Below, in pieces: positions 51,258 to 60,699 of a stretch of 64,000 bases of DNA; position 1 is the first letter of the stretch, and each line of letters begins with the position of its first letter. Source of the stretch: an uncultured delta proteobacterium. Its GTDB lineage: Bacteria > Desulfobacterota > Binatia > UBA9968. The notes under the pieces are model-generated. The model saw nothing but the letters and a program-made list of their open reading frames with translations. It had not been told where the DNA came from and did no database searches. The stretch spans positions 24,322-88,321 of the forward strand of contig CAWJBB010000080.1 in assembly GCA_963840855.1 (NCBI GenBank). Direction: 5' to 3'. A program made the position numbers and the translations under genes.

Positions 51258-51284
51258 TCCGATTGCCGCACAAGGAATTTCATG

Positions 51285-51389
51285 CTTCGACGGGCTCACA
51301 CTTCGGCAAGCTCAGTGGAACGGAAATTTATTGACGAATTTAAAGCACCCTCCGTTCGCCCTGAGCCTGGTTTAGGGGTGAACGGAGGG
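51285..51389. repeat. Degenerate REP-like doublet (CTTCGAC.GGCTCA ... CCGTTCGCCCTGAGC type) with terminal hairpin
   Basis: Two tandem CTTCG...GCTCA heads at 51285 and 51301. Hairpin CCCTCCGTTCGCCC (51348-51361) / GGGTGAACGGAGGG (51376-51389). Located between convergent genes. Confidence 0.6.
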
Positions 51390-51462
51390 GTCCATCTTTC
51401 AGGACGAATGTCCAAATGGGAATCGCCGGAGATACATTTGTAGCTCCGCGGCGGTAAAACGA

Positions 51463-53631
51463 TCAGAAAGTTAATTTTCGGTACAGCTGCGGCAGCCGCT
51501 GCGGCAAAAGGGCGACGTCAGCCAACACTTCGTAGCTAAAATCGTCCATCATGGCTCTAAGATAGTCGTTGCCTTCTTTGTCGACGGTGAGGCAAAACGG
51601 CGTGATGCCGTCGCGCCTCGCTTCGACGAGCGCCATGCGCGTATCCTGCACTGCGTAGGCTTTTTCCGTGCTTTCCTGGGAGTAGCCACGGTCCTGGGGA
51701 CGGCCGTCGCTGATTAAGAAGAGAAAACGTGAGCGGGTTTGCTGGATCCGCAACTTCGACGTCGCGTGGCGAATCGCCGGCCCCATACGCGTCGCGTGCA
51801 GCGGACCGGCCCGCCCCAACCGTTTGGCGACGTCCGGCGAAAATTCCTCGTCGAAATCCTTCAGCACGTAAAACTCGACGTTATCGCGCCCGTGGCCGGA
51901 AAAGCCATAGACCGCGTAGCGGTCGCCAATGGCTTCCAAAGCGTCGCCCATGAGCACGATGGCTTCCTTCTCAACGTCGATGATGCGCCGCTGTGGGCGC
52001 GCCAAACGGCCGGCGCTCTGGGCGGGATCTGAAACTGCCGTTATGGCCTCCCCGGTGGAACCGCTCATATCGAGCAGAAACGCCACAGCCACGTCTCTTT
52101 CGTTTTTGTGGTTGCGCCAATAGATCTTTTCCGACGGGCTCACGCCGCTCCGGAGGTCGGTCAGCGCTTCGATGGCGGCGTCGAGATCGTGGTCACTGCC
52201 TTCCGGCAGGCGTTTTTCTTTGTGGTAGGTCTCCGGCGCCACTTGCTCGAACTCACGGCGGATCTGTTGCAACAGCCCCGCATAGTTGTCCAGCGTATCC
52301 CGATAAAACGTCAAGTCTCCCAACCCCATGATTTTCTCGTAAACCCTGCACCACCGTGACCGGTATTGACCCGCATGAACATCCCACTCATCGTAAATAA
52401 ACGTATTGGGCTGGGTAGCCGACAGCGGGCCCGCGTCTTCGTCGGCTTGCAACCACGGCCTTTTCTGAACGCTTTGCATGCGCGGATCGCGCCGCTCGAG
52501 TTCGCGCATCAGATTCTGCACCATCTGGCTGGTCTGCGGGTCTTGCTCCTCGCCCTCCTCATCGGAGTCCCGCCGTTTCGGCTGCCGCTGATTGCGCAGC
52601 AACTCAGCCAGCTCTTCCGCCGTCAGAGATTTTCGTTGCTCGCGGGAGTTCGCTTGCGGCCGGCTTAGCAATTGCGCCAACTCCGGCTGGAACTCGCCAC
52701 GGTAATCGACCCCCTGAGGCGGAAAATAGTCTCTATCTCTCCCCGCCGCCGGCGGCAGTGAAACATTTTCCCCATCTATGTCCTCCTCCCAACGTTTACG
52801 ATTTAAACGCCGTTCAGAGTCTTCGATCGTCGTGAATCGGCTCGCTTCTAGATAGTCATTTTTTATCCGCGCGAAACGCGCATAAATTCGTAAGGTCGCC
52901 TCCGCGGTGTCTTCCACCGTCGCATCATTGGTTAGCACCCAGCGCAGCAAATCGCTGAGATTACTGGCGGCTTCGGCGCCCTCGGCGGGAACCGTTATCG
53001 GCCCGCCTTGTCCGAGACTGATACGAATCAGGCATTCCAACAGCGCTTCGCGCGCCGGCAGGAAAATAACTTCTTGACGCAACGCCAGCGCGCGCTCCCG
53101 CAGAACCTGGTACGCCGCCGCGATGCCCGGGTATCCGCGCATCACACATGCCTCGACCCGCGCGCTCTCGATGATGGAAAAAATATCCAGAGCCAGCCGC
53201 TTATTTGGAAACAAGCGAAAAAACCGCGTCAACTCGGTGGGACTTGCATCGTCGGGGTCATGGCCGTGATCGTGATGCTCGCGTTCCGCTAGTCGACGCA
53301 GGCGCGGACGCAGATCGTGGAATAGAATTGACGGCCGGTCGAACTCAAAATCGAAGCTGCCAAACTCGATATGCCCCGCCTGCTGGGTGAGCATGACTTT
53401 GAGGAACTCGAAGTTTTCTATCTCGGTTTCAAACCGCTCGACCAAGGTGGGAAGAAAAATCGCCGCCCCGTCGCTGGTTGCCACATCGGCGCGGGACCAG
53501 CCGATGTTCTTCTCGAGTAACTGCTTCAGGTCTTGCAGCTCAACACCGCGTTCCGAAAGCGCGCGACAATACATCTGCAGCATGTCGTGAATTGGCGCTA
53601 GTTCCACGGCAGTTGAATCAGTATCAGACAT
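51463..53631 (-). CDS. CbbO/NorD-family VWA-domain adaptor protein
   Basis: YDEWD...YR..WC, DLDAAI, MIDAS DMSGS, TRMGPAIRH, ISDGRPQD, C-terminal LPQLYRKLT. Confidence 0.9.
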   Translation of the reverse strand: MSDTDSTAVELAPIHDMLQMYCRALSERGVELQDLKQLLEKNIGWSRADVATSDGAAIFLPTLVERFETEIENFEFLKVMLTQQAGHIEFGSFDFEFDRPSILFHDLRPRLRRLAEREHHDHGHDPDDASPTELTRFFRLFPNKRLALDIFSIIESARVEACVMRGYPGIAAAYQVLRERALALRQEVIFLPAREALLECLIRISLGQGGPITVPAEGAEAASNLSDLLRWVLTNDATVEDTAEATLRIYARFARIKNDYLEASRFTTIEDSERRLNRKRWEEDIDGENVSLPPAAGRDRDYFPPQGVDYRGEFQPELAQLLSRPQANSREQRKSLTAEELAELLRNQRQPKRRDSDEEGEEQDPQTSQMVQNLMRELERRDPRMQSVQKRPWLQADEDAGPLSATQPNTFIYDEWDVHAGQYRSRWCRVYEKIMGLGDLTFYRDTLDNYAGLLQQIRREFEQVAPETYHKEKRLPEGSDHDLDAAIEALTDLRSGVSPSEKIYWRNHKNERDVAVAFLLDMSGSTGEAITAVSDPAQSAGRLARPQRRIIDVEKEAIVLMGDALEAIGDRYAVYGFSGHGRDNVEFYVLKDFDEEFSPDVAKRLGRAGPLHATRMGPAIRHATSKLRIQQTRSRFLFLISDGRPQDRGYSQESTEKAYAVQDTRMALVEARRDGITPFCLTVDKEGNDYLRAMMDDFSYEVLADVALLPQRLPQLYRKLTF

Positions 53632-53712
53632 AGGAGCGGAGAAAGAAGTTTAACCACATATAGCCCAGCGCGGCAGAGCCGCAACCAAAATTGACCCAGA
53701 AGAGAAAAAAAT

Positions 53713-53796
53713 ATTCACCACGAAGGCACGAAGTTCGCGAAGTTTAAGAGTATAAATTTCCGAACCCTTCGTGAACTTCGTGCCTTCGTGGTGAAT
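53713..53796. repeat. 30-bp inverted repeat built from CACGAAG 9-mer units
   Basis: ATTCACCACGAAGGCACGAAGTTCGCGAAG (53713-53742) versus 53767-53796: 29/30 complementary, 24-nt loop. Confidence 0.9.
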
Positions 53797-53832
53797 CCCC
53801 ATTTTTGCGTCCCTTGCGGTCAAATCCCTCGT

Positions 53833-54720
53833 TTACGGGAATATCGCTGAAACCACTTCTTCGAGACTGCGCTGGACTTGCGGGTCGTCGGTTATTCCCC
53901 AGGTGACGGCGACATGGCAGGCGCGCCGCGGCGCAATGCCTTCTTTAATCAGGCGTCCGGCATAGATGAGCACGCGCGTACTCGCGCCTTCCTTCAGGCC
54001 ATGTTCGCGCAGGGTCCGAACCTTATGGCCGAGCTTGGCGAGCAGCGTGGCGTTTTCTTCATCAACACCGGATTCGTGCCCGATGATCATAGCTTCACGT
54101 TCGGCGTCGGGAAATTGAAAGTCGAGGGCGACAAATCGCTGCCGCGTGCTATGCTTTAAATCTTTGAGCACGTTCTGATAACCGGGGTTGTAGGAAACGA
54201 CGAGCAGAAAACTGTCGGCCGCTTCGACGACTTCGCCGAGCTTGTCGATGGTTAGCAGGCGCCGGTGATCGGTCAGCGGGTGTATAATAACCGTAGTGTC
54301 CTTGCGCGCTTCGACCACTTCGTCGAGATAACAGATGCCGCCGGCTTTGACCGCGCGGGTCAGAGGCCCGTCGATCCAGCGGGTGCCGTTGGCATCGAGC
54401 AGATAGCGTCCGATCAGATCGCTCGCCGAGAGATCTTCGTGGCACGCCACCGTGACCAGGGGCACGGCGCCGTTGGATCCCTGCTCGGCTGCTATGGCGC
54501 CGTCTTTCACAATCGTCAACGGTTGACCGAGCTTCCATGCCATATACTCGACGAAACGAGTCTTGCCCGTTCCCGTGGGCCCTTTGAGCAACACAGGCAC
54601 CCTTTGGCGGTATGCGGCTTCGAAGATTTCTACCTCGTCAGAACTGGGTACGTAATAGGGCTTCTGCCTTATGACGAATTCTTCAATTCGGTACTGCCGG
54701 CTATTTTCGTTTGTCGACAT
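53833..54720 (-). CDS. CbbQ/NirQ/NorQ-family MoxR AAA+ ATPase
   Basis: GPTGTGKTRF, ACHEDLSASDLIGRY, DGPLTRAV, CYLDEVVEARKD, SYNPGYQ, LKHSTRQRF, STRVLIYAG. Confidence 0.95.
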   Translation of the reverse strand: MSTNENSRQYRIEEFVIRQKPYYVPSSDEVEIFEAAYRQRVPVLLKGPTGTGKTRFVEYMAWKLGQPLTIVKDGAIAAEQGSNGAVPLVTVACHEDLSASDLIGRYLLDANGTRWIDGPLTRAVKAGGICYLDEVVEARKDTTVIIHPLTDHRRLLTIDKLGEVVEAADSFLLVVSYNPGYQNVLKDLKHSTRQRFVALDFQFPDAEREAMIIGHESGVDEENATLLAKLGHKVRTLREHGLKEGASTRVLIYAGRLIKEGIAPRRACHVAVTWGITDDPQVQRSLEEVVSAIFP

Positions 54721-54771
54721 CAGCTCACGCTCATCATCTCAAAGAGTGACACTATCGAGTATCAATCGAAA

Positions 54772-54800
54772 ACCGTAGCGGATGGTCTCTACCGTGTCAA
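54772..54800 (-). promoter_or_regulatory. Sigma-70-like promoter for the AAA+/VWA pair
   Basis: Minus strand TTGACA-N17-TACGGT. Confidence 0.45.
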
Positions 54801-54929
54801 ATCGACAATCGTAGCCGGTTTTTCACAAGGTTAGCACCCAGGAGTAAAACTTCTGCTATCGCAAGCCCAACCTGGCACTGATCGACTCCAGCGAAAGTGC
54901 GCGCGCTCAAAAATTAAACCGCTTCAGAC

Positions 54930-54967
54930 GTTTTGAACGATTTGAACGGCTTGAACGTTTTGAACCC
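54930..54967 (+). repeat. Tandem 9-mer (NNTTGAACG)x4
   Basis: TTTTGAACG ATTTGAACG GCTTGAACG TTTTGAACC. Confidence 0.75.
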
Positions 54968-54978
54968 AATTCAGCCGG

Positions 54979-55008
54979 TTGACAGCGCATTTTCGCCGGC
55001 GATAAAGT
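54979..55008 (+). promoter_or_regulatory. Sigma-70-like promoter for the cupin dioxygenase
   Basis: TTGACA-N18-TAAAGT, then RBS AAGGAG before the ATG at 55038. Confidence 0.45.
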
Positions 55009-55037
55009 AACCCCCGACAGTCAAAAAGGAGAAAACC

Positions 55038-56100
55038 ATGAGCGACCTACATGCCGACCCTGAAACTCCAGAAGTGCAAGCCTTACACCGCCGTCTCGCC
55101 GAATACTCCTTGGGAGGCCACTGGCAATCCCGCGAGAGAAACCCTGATTTGGTAGCTCATATCTGGCCCTGGTCGATCATTCATTCCTGCTTGATGGAGT
55201 CCGGCGAGGTGATCAAGCTGGGGGGTATCGGTGACGCCGCTAACCGGCGCACAGTTCAACTGGTGAACCCATCGTTGACCCATAGGAAGGCCACGTCGCG
55301 CACGCTGCAAATGTCAATACAATTGGTCAAGCCCGGCGAACGCGCCGAATGCCATCGCCATACCGCGGCGGCTTTGCGCTTCGTCGTCGAAGCCGACGGT
55401 ACCGGTTATACCAACGTCGAGGGCGAACAGATGCTGATGGAGCCCGGCGACCTCGTTTTAACGCCGCACTGGACTTGGCACGATCATTACAATGTGGGAA
55501 AGAGCAATCTCGTCTGGCTCGACGTGCTGGATGTTCCGATCACGAGCCACCTCGACGCAAACTTTCATGAGAATTACGCCGAGGGCCCTGCTCAGCCCAT
55601 CATCAAGCCGGACGGTTACTGCAAGCAACAATACGGCGCGATACGCCCGCGCATGGTGCAAAGGCAATGGCCAGGCGCTGCCTTACACCTACAAATGGCG
55701 CGACACGTTGCACGCATTGAAAGAAGTGGCCTCGGCGGGGCAGCTCGATCCCCATGACGGGGTGTTGCTCGAATACGCCCATCCGCTCACCGGCGGCGCC
55801 ACTATGCCGACCATCGGCTGCTGGGTACAATGGCTCCCGCCGGGCGAAGCCACTAAACCGCACCGCCACACCAGCAGCACCATCTATCATGTGGTGCAAG
55901 GCGAAGGCGCGACGCTGGCGGGTACAAAAAAAGGCGACGGCAAAGAGATGACTTGGGGCGCCCACGACTGCTTCTTCGTGCCGTCGTGGAATTGGCATCA
56001 TTTTGAAAATAGATCGAAGAACGAGCCCGCGATCATCTTCTCGGTGACCGACCGCCCGATACTCGAAAGCCTAGGGTTGTTCCGCGAAGAAGCGGCGTAA
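55038..56100 (+). pseudogene. Gentisate-dioxygenase-like bicupin with a single +1 frameshift near 55660 (possibly a sequencing error)
   Basis: The first ORF has RRTVQLVNP, ECHRHTAAALRF, WTWHDH. The second frame continues YTYKW, LLEYAHP, PHRHTSS, FSVTDRP. Removing one A from CAAAGG gives a 353-aa protein collinear with 50235-51257. Confidence 0.85.
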
Positions 56101-56115
56101 TGAGAGAATGGCGCG

Positions 56116-56306
56116 TTCGTGTTCGTTGCTCGTGCTCGTGATCGTATTCGGTCGATAACGAGCAACGAGCACGAACCCGGCGTTCATCGATTAGATTGGT
56201 AGCCTGGATGGAGTGAAACGAAATCCAGGATTCCCCGGATTACGCTGTCGCTTCATCCGGACTGCTACCAGCTCTTATTAAACCGAGCACGAGCGACGAA
56301 CACGAA
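56116..56306. repeat. Nested palindrome: CTCGTG-rich inverted repeat enclosing a GTAG-type REP doublet
   Basis: Outer arms 56116-56138 and 56284-56306 match at 22/23. Inner GTAGCCTGGATG...ATCCAGG / CCGGATT...CATCCGGACTGC at about 56199-56265. Confidence 0.8.
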
Positions 56307-58529
56307 TCACGAGTTCTCCCGCAGCGCCCGGTAAATCTTCTCAGCCGTGATCGGCAGATCGCGAATCCTCACGCCGACGGCGTCTTCGATGGCGTTGGCG
56401 ATGGCCGGCGCCACCGGGGAGATCGGATTTTCGCCGATCCCTTTAACTTTGTACGGTCCAACGCCGCTCTCGCTCTCGAGCAAGACGGTTTTGAGCGGCG
56501 GGATATCTTTCACATTGGGGATTTTGTACTCACCGAAGTGCGCAACTTCAACCCGCCCATCTTGCACCGGTAGATACTCGATCATGCCGTAGCCGAGGCC
56601 TTGCACCACACCGCCGTCAATTTGCCCCTGATGACCGATGGGATTCATAATCACACCAGTGTCGTGGGCGGTCGTGATACGGCGCAATTTGACTTCGCCC
56701 GTTTCCGGGTCCACCGACACCTCGGCAACCTGCGCCGCAAAGGCCGTTACCGGAGACCGCTCTTCGTCCTGGTTGAAGGACTCACCGTCAATCGCGCGGC
56801 CGGCGGCGGACAATAGCTCGCCCCAACGCTGCCGTTTTTGGGTTTTCTTGTGAATGATCTCTTTGCCCGCAAGAGTCATATCGGCCTTGGACCAGCCGAG
56901 CAATTTCTCGGCGAGATTGAAAAGAGATTCCTTGGCCGCGCGCGCGGCTTGGTAAGCCGCGCCGCTGGTGACGCGGGTGCCGCGGCTGCCGCCGATACCG
57001 GAGTCGGAGGCAACACCCGAGTCGGTATCAAGAATTTCTATGCGAATTTCTTCGGGGTCACACGACAATTCCTCGGCCGTAGTCTGCCTCATGGTCGTGT
57101 AGGTACTGGTCCCCTGTTCGAACAGGGAAGTGTGAATGACGATGGAACCATCATGGTTAAGCGACACTTTCAGCGACGTGCTGCCGCCGCCGGGGCCGCG
57201 ATAGCCCATTGCGATGCCCCTGCCAACATATTTCGCTTTCGGAGCCTCATACCCTGCTGCTTTGACCGCGGCGTTGAGTATTTCTTTGGCCTTGATCTCC
57301 TCATAGCGGCCCCCCGTGAGCGTCACGTCGCCATCTTCCATCAAATTTTTCCGGCGAAACTCGAAGGGGTCCATGCCGAGTCTTCGCGCCACGCAATCGA
57401 TATGAGATTCGCCGGCGAAAAATGCCTGCGGTTCCCCGGGTGCGCGCATCTGCCCGCCGGGAAGATTGTTGGTGTAGACCCTGGACGTGGCGATGCGCGC
57501 GTGTTGCGCGCGATAACAGCCCACCGCGTGTGAGATCCCGCCGACCACCGCGCCGGGTCTGAAGCCGCCGTAGGCCCCGGCGTCGAGATAGGCATCCATC
57601 TCATGGGCAACCATCGTTCCATCGCGTTTCACGCCCGTCTTGAATAGGATTACGCCTGCGTGGCGCGGCGCGCCGGCAATAAATTCCTCGCGGTACTCCA
57701 TCACCATTTTTACCGGCCTGCCGCTGCGCAGGGCAAGCAAATAGCAAATGGGCTCGTCGATGGGCGCTCCTTTGCCGCCGAAATCGCCGCCGATGGCCAC
57801 CGGATTCACGCGGATTTTTTCCTTTTCAATCCTGAAGGCGTTGGACATGCTTTCTTTCAAACCATGGGGCACTTTGTTCGGCGACCACATCTGGATGCGG
57901 CCTTCATCATCGATCCACACCAGACAACAGTGCGGCTCCAAGAACGCCTGGTGCACCCGCGCCACGGTGAAGGTATTCTCGACGATCACATCCGACTGAG
58001 CGAAACCCTCGGCAACATCGCCGCGCGTAAACAGTTCGTGAACGAAAACATTGGTCGGCCCGTCTATCGGTTTCGGCAGACCTTTGTAGGTGTGCAGATT
58101 GGGATGAATAATCGGGGCGTCCGGTTTGGCGGCCGCCAGCGGATCGAAAACCGCCGGCAGCTCTTCGTAATCGACCTGAATAAGGTCCAGGGCGTGCTCG
58201 GCTTGCTCCAGAGTGTCGGCCGCGATGGCGGCAACCCGCTCTCCCAGGAAACGCACCTTATCTTGTGCCAACACCGAAATATCCTGGTAACGTCGCCCGT
58301 AAAGAATGCCCCGCGCGTCTTTTCCAGTAATGACGGCGCGCACTCCGGGCGCCGTTTCGGCGCGTGACGCGTCGATGCGCAAGATCCGTGCGTGCGAGTA
58401 TGGACTGCGCAGCGTCTTCGCCCACAGAGTGCCTGGCAACAAGACGTCGGAAGTGTAGCGCGTCTCGCCGGTGACTTTTCCAATATTATCCGTTCTCGGT
58501 ATCGGCTGGCCAACGATTTGATAGCTCAT
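56307..58529 (-). CDS. Xanthine dehydrogenase-family molybdopterin-binding large subunit
   Basis: KVTGETRY..D, HQAFLEPH, IGGDFGGK, QMRAPG, EQGTST, GQIDGG.VQG.G, KGIGE (catalytic Glu). Confidence 0.93.
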   Translation of the reverse strand: MSYQIVGQPIPRTDNIGKVTGETRYTSDVLLPGTLWAKTLRSPYSHARILRIDASRAETAPGVRAVITGKDARGILYGRRYQDISVLAQDKVRFLGERVAAIAADTLEQAEHALDLIQVDYEELPAVFDPLAAAKPDAPIIHPNLHTYKGLPKPIDGPTNVFVHELFTRGDVAEGFAQSDVIVENTFTVARVHQAFLEPHCCLVWIDDEGRIQMWSPNKVPHGLKESMSNAFRIEKEKIRVNPVAIGGDFGGKGAPIDEPICYLLALRSGRPVKMVMEYREEFIAGAPRHAGVILFKTGVKRDGTMVAHEMDAYLDAGAYGGFRPGAVVGGISHAVGCYRAQHARIATSRVYTNNLPGGQMRAPGEPQAFFAGESHIDCVARRLGMDPFEFRRKNLMEDGDVTLTGGRYEEIKAKEILNAAVKAAGYEAPKAKYVGRGIAMGYRGPGGGSTSLKVSLNHDGSIVIHTSLFEQGTSTYTTMRQTTAEELSCDPEEIRIEILDTDSGVASDSGIGGSRGTRVTSGAAYQAARAAKESLFNLAEKLLGWSKADMTLAGKEIIHKKTQKRQRWGELLSAAGRAIDGESFNQDEERSPVTAFAAQVAEVSVDPETGEVKLRRITTAHDTGVIMNPIGHQGQIDGGVVQGLGYGMIEYLPVQDGRVEVAHFGEYKIPNVKDIPPLKTVLLESESGVGPYKVKGIGENPISPVAPAIANAIEDAVGVRIRDLPITAEKIYRALRENS

Positions 58530-58678
58530 GAGATTTCCTCCGTCCCAATGGTTGCATGTTCCTTAAAATCGCTTGAAACGATCATGTCCGATGCCGCTCG
58601 TGTTCGCAAGATTCCCGCGCCAGCTCCGACCCACGATAATCCGGTACGAGCGACGAGCACGGGCCACGAATCACGATG

Positions 58679-59659
58679 TTACATATACCCCTTCTCTCTA
58701 TAATACTTCGCCGCCCCCGGATGCAGCGGAATTTTAAGCGGGCATTTCTCCGTGCCGCGGCAGAGATTCCTCATATTCAACGGCTCGTCGTCATCGACGG
58801 GAATGACTTTCTGCCGCTCATCGATGGTTTCGATGGCCGCCCGGGCCACGCTATTGGGCAACCACTTGTGGGTTACCAGAGCCCAGCCACTGAAGTCGAT
58901 GGTCAAAGCATCTTCGCCAAGCTGCCGATAGCGGCTTTTTGGCAGGACTGCGCGACTATAACCTATTTGCTCCAGCTTTTTCACGATCTCCGGTTCCAGC
59001 GGAATGATTTCGTAGCCATTCTCCAGTGCTTGATCCAACCAGCCGCCAACGGTGCTGATGCCTTCGTCGAAAACGGCATTGATAGAACGCTTCGCGATGC
59101 TTTTGAGCCGTTCGGGCGCGAAGGGCCTGCCGCATTCTTGGACCTGTCCGCCCCAGCGCTTGATCTTCTCGAAGGAGACTCCGTATAGGGAAAGAATCGT
59201 CGAGATCGTGTAATAGGTCGCGTTGTTCACGCCGGAAAAGCGCGTCGAGACTCTCAACGGAATTTTCCGCCGCGCGATATCGCCGAGCGACTTGACGCCG
59301 AGATCCTTCGATACGACCATGGCGATTCGGTCCCAGGAAGGGAAACAACCCAGGACGCGCAAGTGCATTTTCTGTTTGTAGTATCCCTTGCCGCGAAAGG
59401 CCATCGCGACCATGGCGGACGGATTCACATAAGCGATATCGACGCGCCGGGTGCCCACCTCGATGGGCGCTTGCATGCCGCCGTACAGATCGCCGTTAAT
59501 GCCGATACGAAACTCGGTCTGTTTGGAGTCTCGCCGGCCTGAGGTCAATGAAACGGCGAGCTGTTTCGCCAAACCGGCGGAGCATTTGGAGAATACGCCG
59601 GCCGCAAGCTCTAACCCGGTGGTAGCTCTTATCTGCGGCGGCTCAAGCTCGGTCATCAT
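58679..59659 (-). CDS. TAXI-type binding-protein fold without a signal peptide
   Basis: VDIAYVNP, GVKSLGDI, C-terminal IPLHPGAAKYYREKG is the TAXI signature; no hydrophobic N-terminus. Confidence 0.8.
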   Translation of the reverse strand: MMTELEPPQIRATTGLELAAGVFSKCSAGLAKQLAVSLTSGRRDSKQTEFRIGINGDLYGGMQAPIEVGTRRVDIAYVNPSAMVAMAFRGKGYYKQKMHLRVLGCFPSWDRIAMVVSKDLGVKSLGDIARRKIPLRVSTRFSGVNNATYYTISTILSLYGVSFEKIKRWGGQVQECGRPFAPERLKSIAKRSINAVFDEGISTVGGWLDQALENGYEIIPLEPEIVKKLEQIGYSRAVLPKSRYRQLGEDALTIDFSGWALVTHKWLPNSVARAAIETIDERQKVIPVDDDEPLNMRNLCRGTEKCPLKIPLHPGAAKYYREKGYM

Positions 59660-59678
59660 AGGGTCTCGACCTTCCCTT

Positions 59679-60677
59679 TCAACGAATTGATTTTTGACGT
59701 TCCAACTCCGCTTTGACCTGCTGGATCAGTCGCAGATCAAGTACCTTTTGCGGCGGAATTTCACCAGCGATCTTGAGAGGAATTCTTATATCGTGCTCGA
59801 TGAGGTTTTTAATTCCTTCAGCAGACGGCACACCCGGCACGCCGGCCGCTAGCGCCTGATTATAACGTTTGATGCCTTCGATCAGGGAAGCTTTTGGAAG
59901 GTTTCCTATGCGTAGTCTCTTGAGCGCGACATCCGCCGCTTCTTCTGGATTGTCCCGAATGAACATCAACCCTTGGACCATCGCCCGGAGCCAGCGCTTG
60001 ACCTGTTCAGGATTCTCGCGCAGTTTTTTGTCCGTCGTAGCGAAGGCCTGAAATGGAAAGGGAAACAAGTCGCCGAGAAAAGCAAGCGAGCGAAGCCCTT
60101 CCCGTTCGGCAAAAATCACCGTGCCGGGATCAAGAATGGTCGCGTTGATCATGCCGGTCTTGATCGCCAAAATACGCCGGCTGGCATCCGCGCCGAAGGC
60201 GATGCGGGTGATTTCGTTGGCCGCAAGACCCACCTGTTCGATAAACATCGTCAACAGGGTGTCTTGGCTCGAACCGATCCCGCCGATACCGACTTTCTTG
60301 CCCTTGAGATCCACGGCCCTGGAGATACTTGGATCTGTTACCAAATAGGCAGTAACCTTGTCAGTCTGAAAAAAAATGGCTTTCAGCGGCGCGCCCCCGG
60401 CTGCCGCGCGCATCGCACTCCCGCCACCGCCACCGAAATCCACGTTGCCTGCCAATAATGCCGCCGCGGCCACCGGTCCGGCCAGGACCAAAATCTCGTG
60501 TTCGAAGCCTTCTTGCTGGAAAAATCCTCTGCTTTCCGCGACGTATACGGAAAGGTAGTTAAGACTTGACTGCGGGATGACCGTACGGATTTTCTCCGCA
60601 GAAACGGTCGCCACGCAAAGCGAGAAGCCGAGAACGAATGCCGCCAGTGATAGTGGACTTTGAGCCAGAGTCTTCAT
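59679..60677 (-). CDS. ABC-type substrate-binding protein, NMT1/SsuA-like
   Basis: Signal peptide from the ATG at 60677; YVAESRGFFQQEG, DLKGKKVGI, F...NPEEAA. Confidence 0.85.
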   Translation of the reverse strand: MKTLAQSPLSLAAFVLGFSLCVATVSAEKIRTVIPQSSLNYLSVYVAESRGFFQQEGFEHEILVLAGPVAAAALLAGNVDFGGGGGSAMRAAAGGAPLKAIFFQTDKVTAYLVTDPSISRAVDLKGKKVGIGGIGSSQDTLLTMFIEQVGLAANEITRIAFGADASRRILAIKTGMINATILDPGTVIFAEREGLRSLAFLGDLFPFPFQAFATTDKKLRENPEQVKRWLRAMVQGLMFIRDNPEEAADVALKRLRIGNLPKASLIEGIKRYNQALAAGVPGVPSAEGIKNLIEHDIRIPLKIAGEIPPQKVLDLRLIQQVKAELERQKSIR

Positions 60678-60699
60678 CGACTTTATCAGCGAAGACACG

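Noticed and set aside
55640-55700. Programmed ribosomal frameshift in the cupin gene
   Set aside because: There is no canonical slippery heptamer and the paralog at 50235 is continuous. A one-base error or mutation is simpler.
51463-58529. Aerobic CO dehydrogenase locus (coxL with coxDE)
   Set aside because: The Mo subunit has QMRAPG rather than AYxCSFR, coxM and coxS are absent, and the ATPase has CbbQ/NorQ rather than CoxD signatures.
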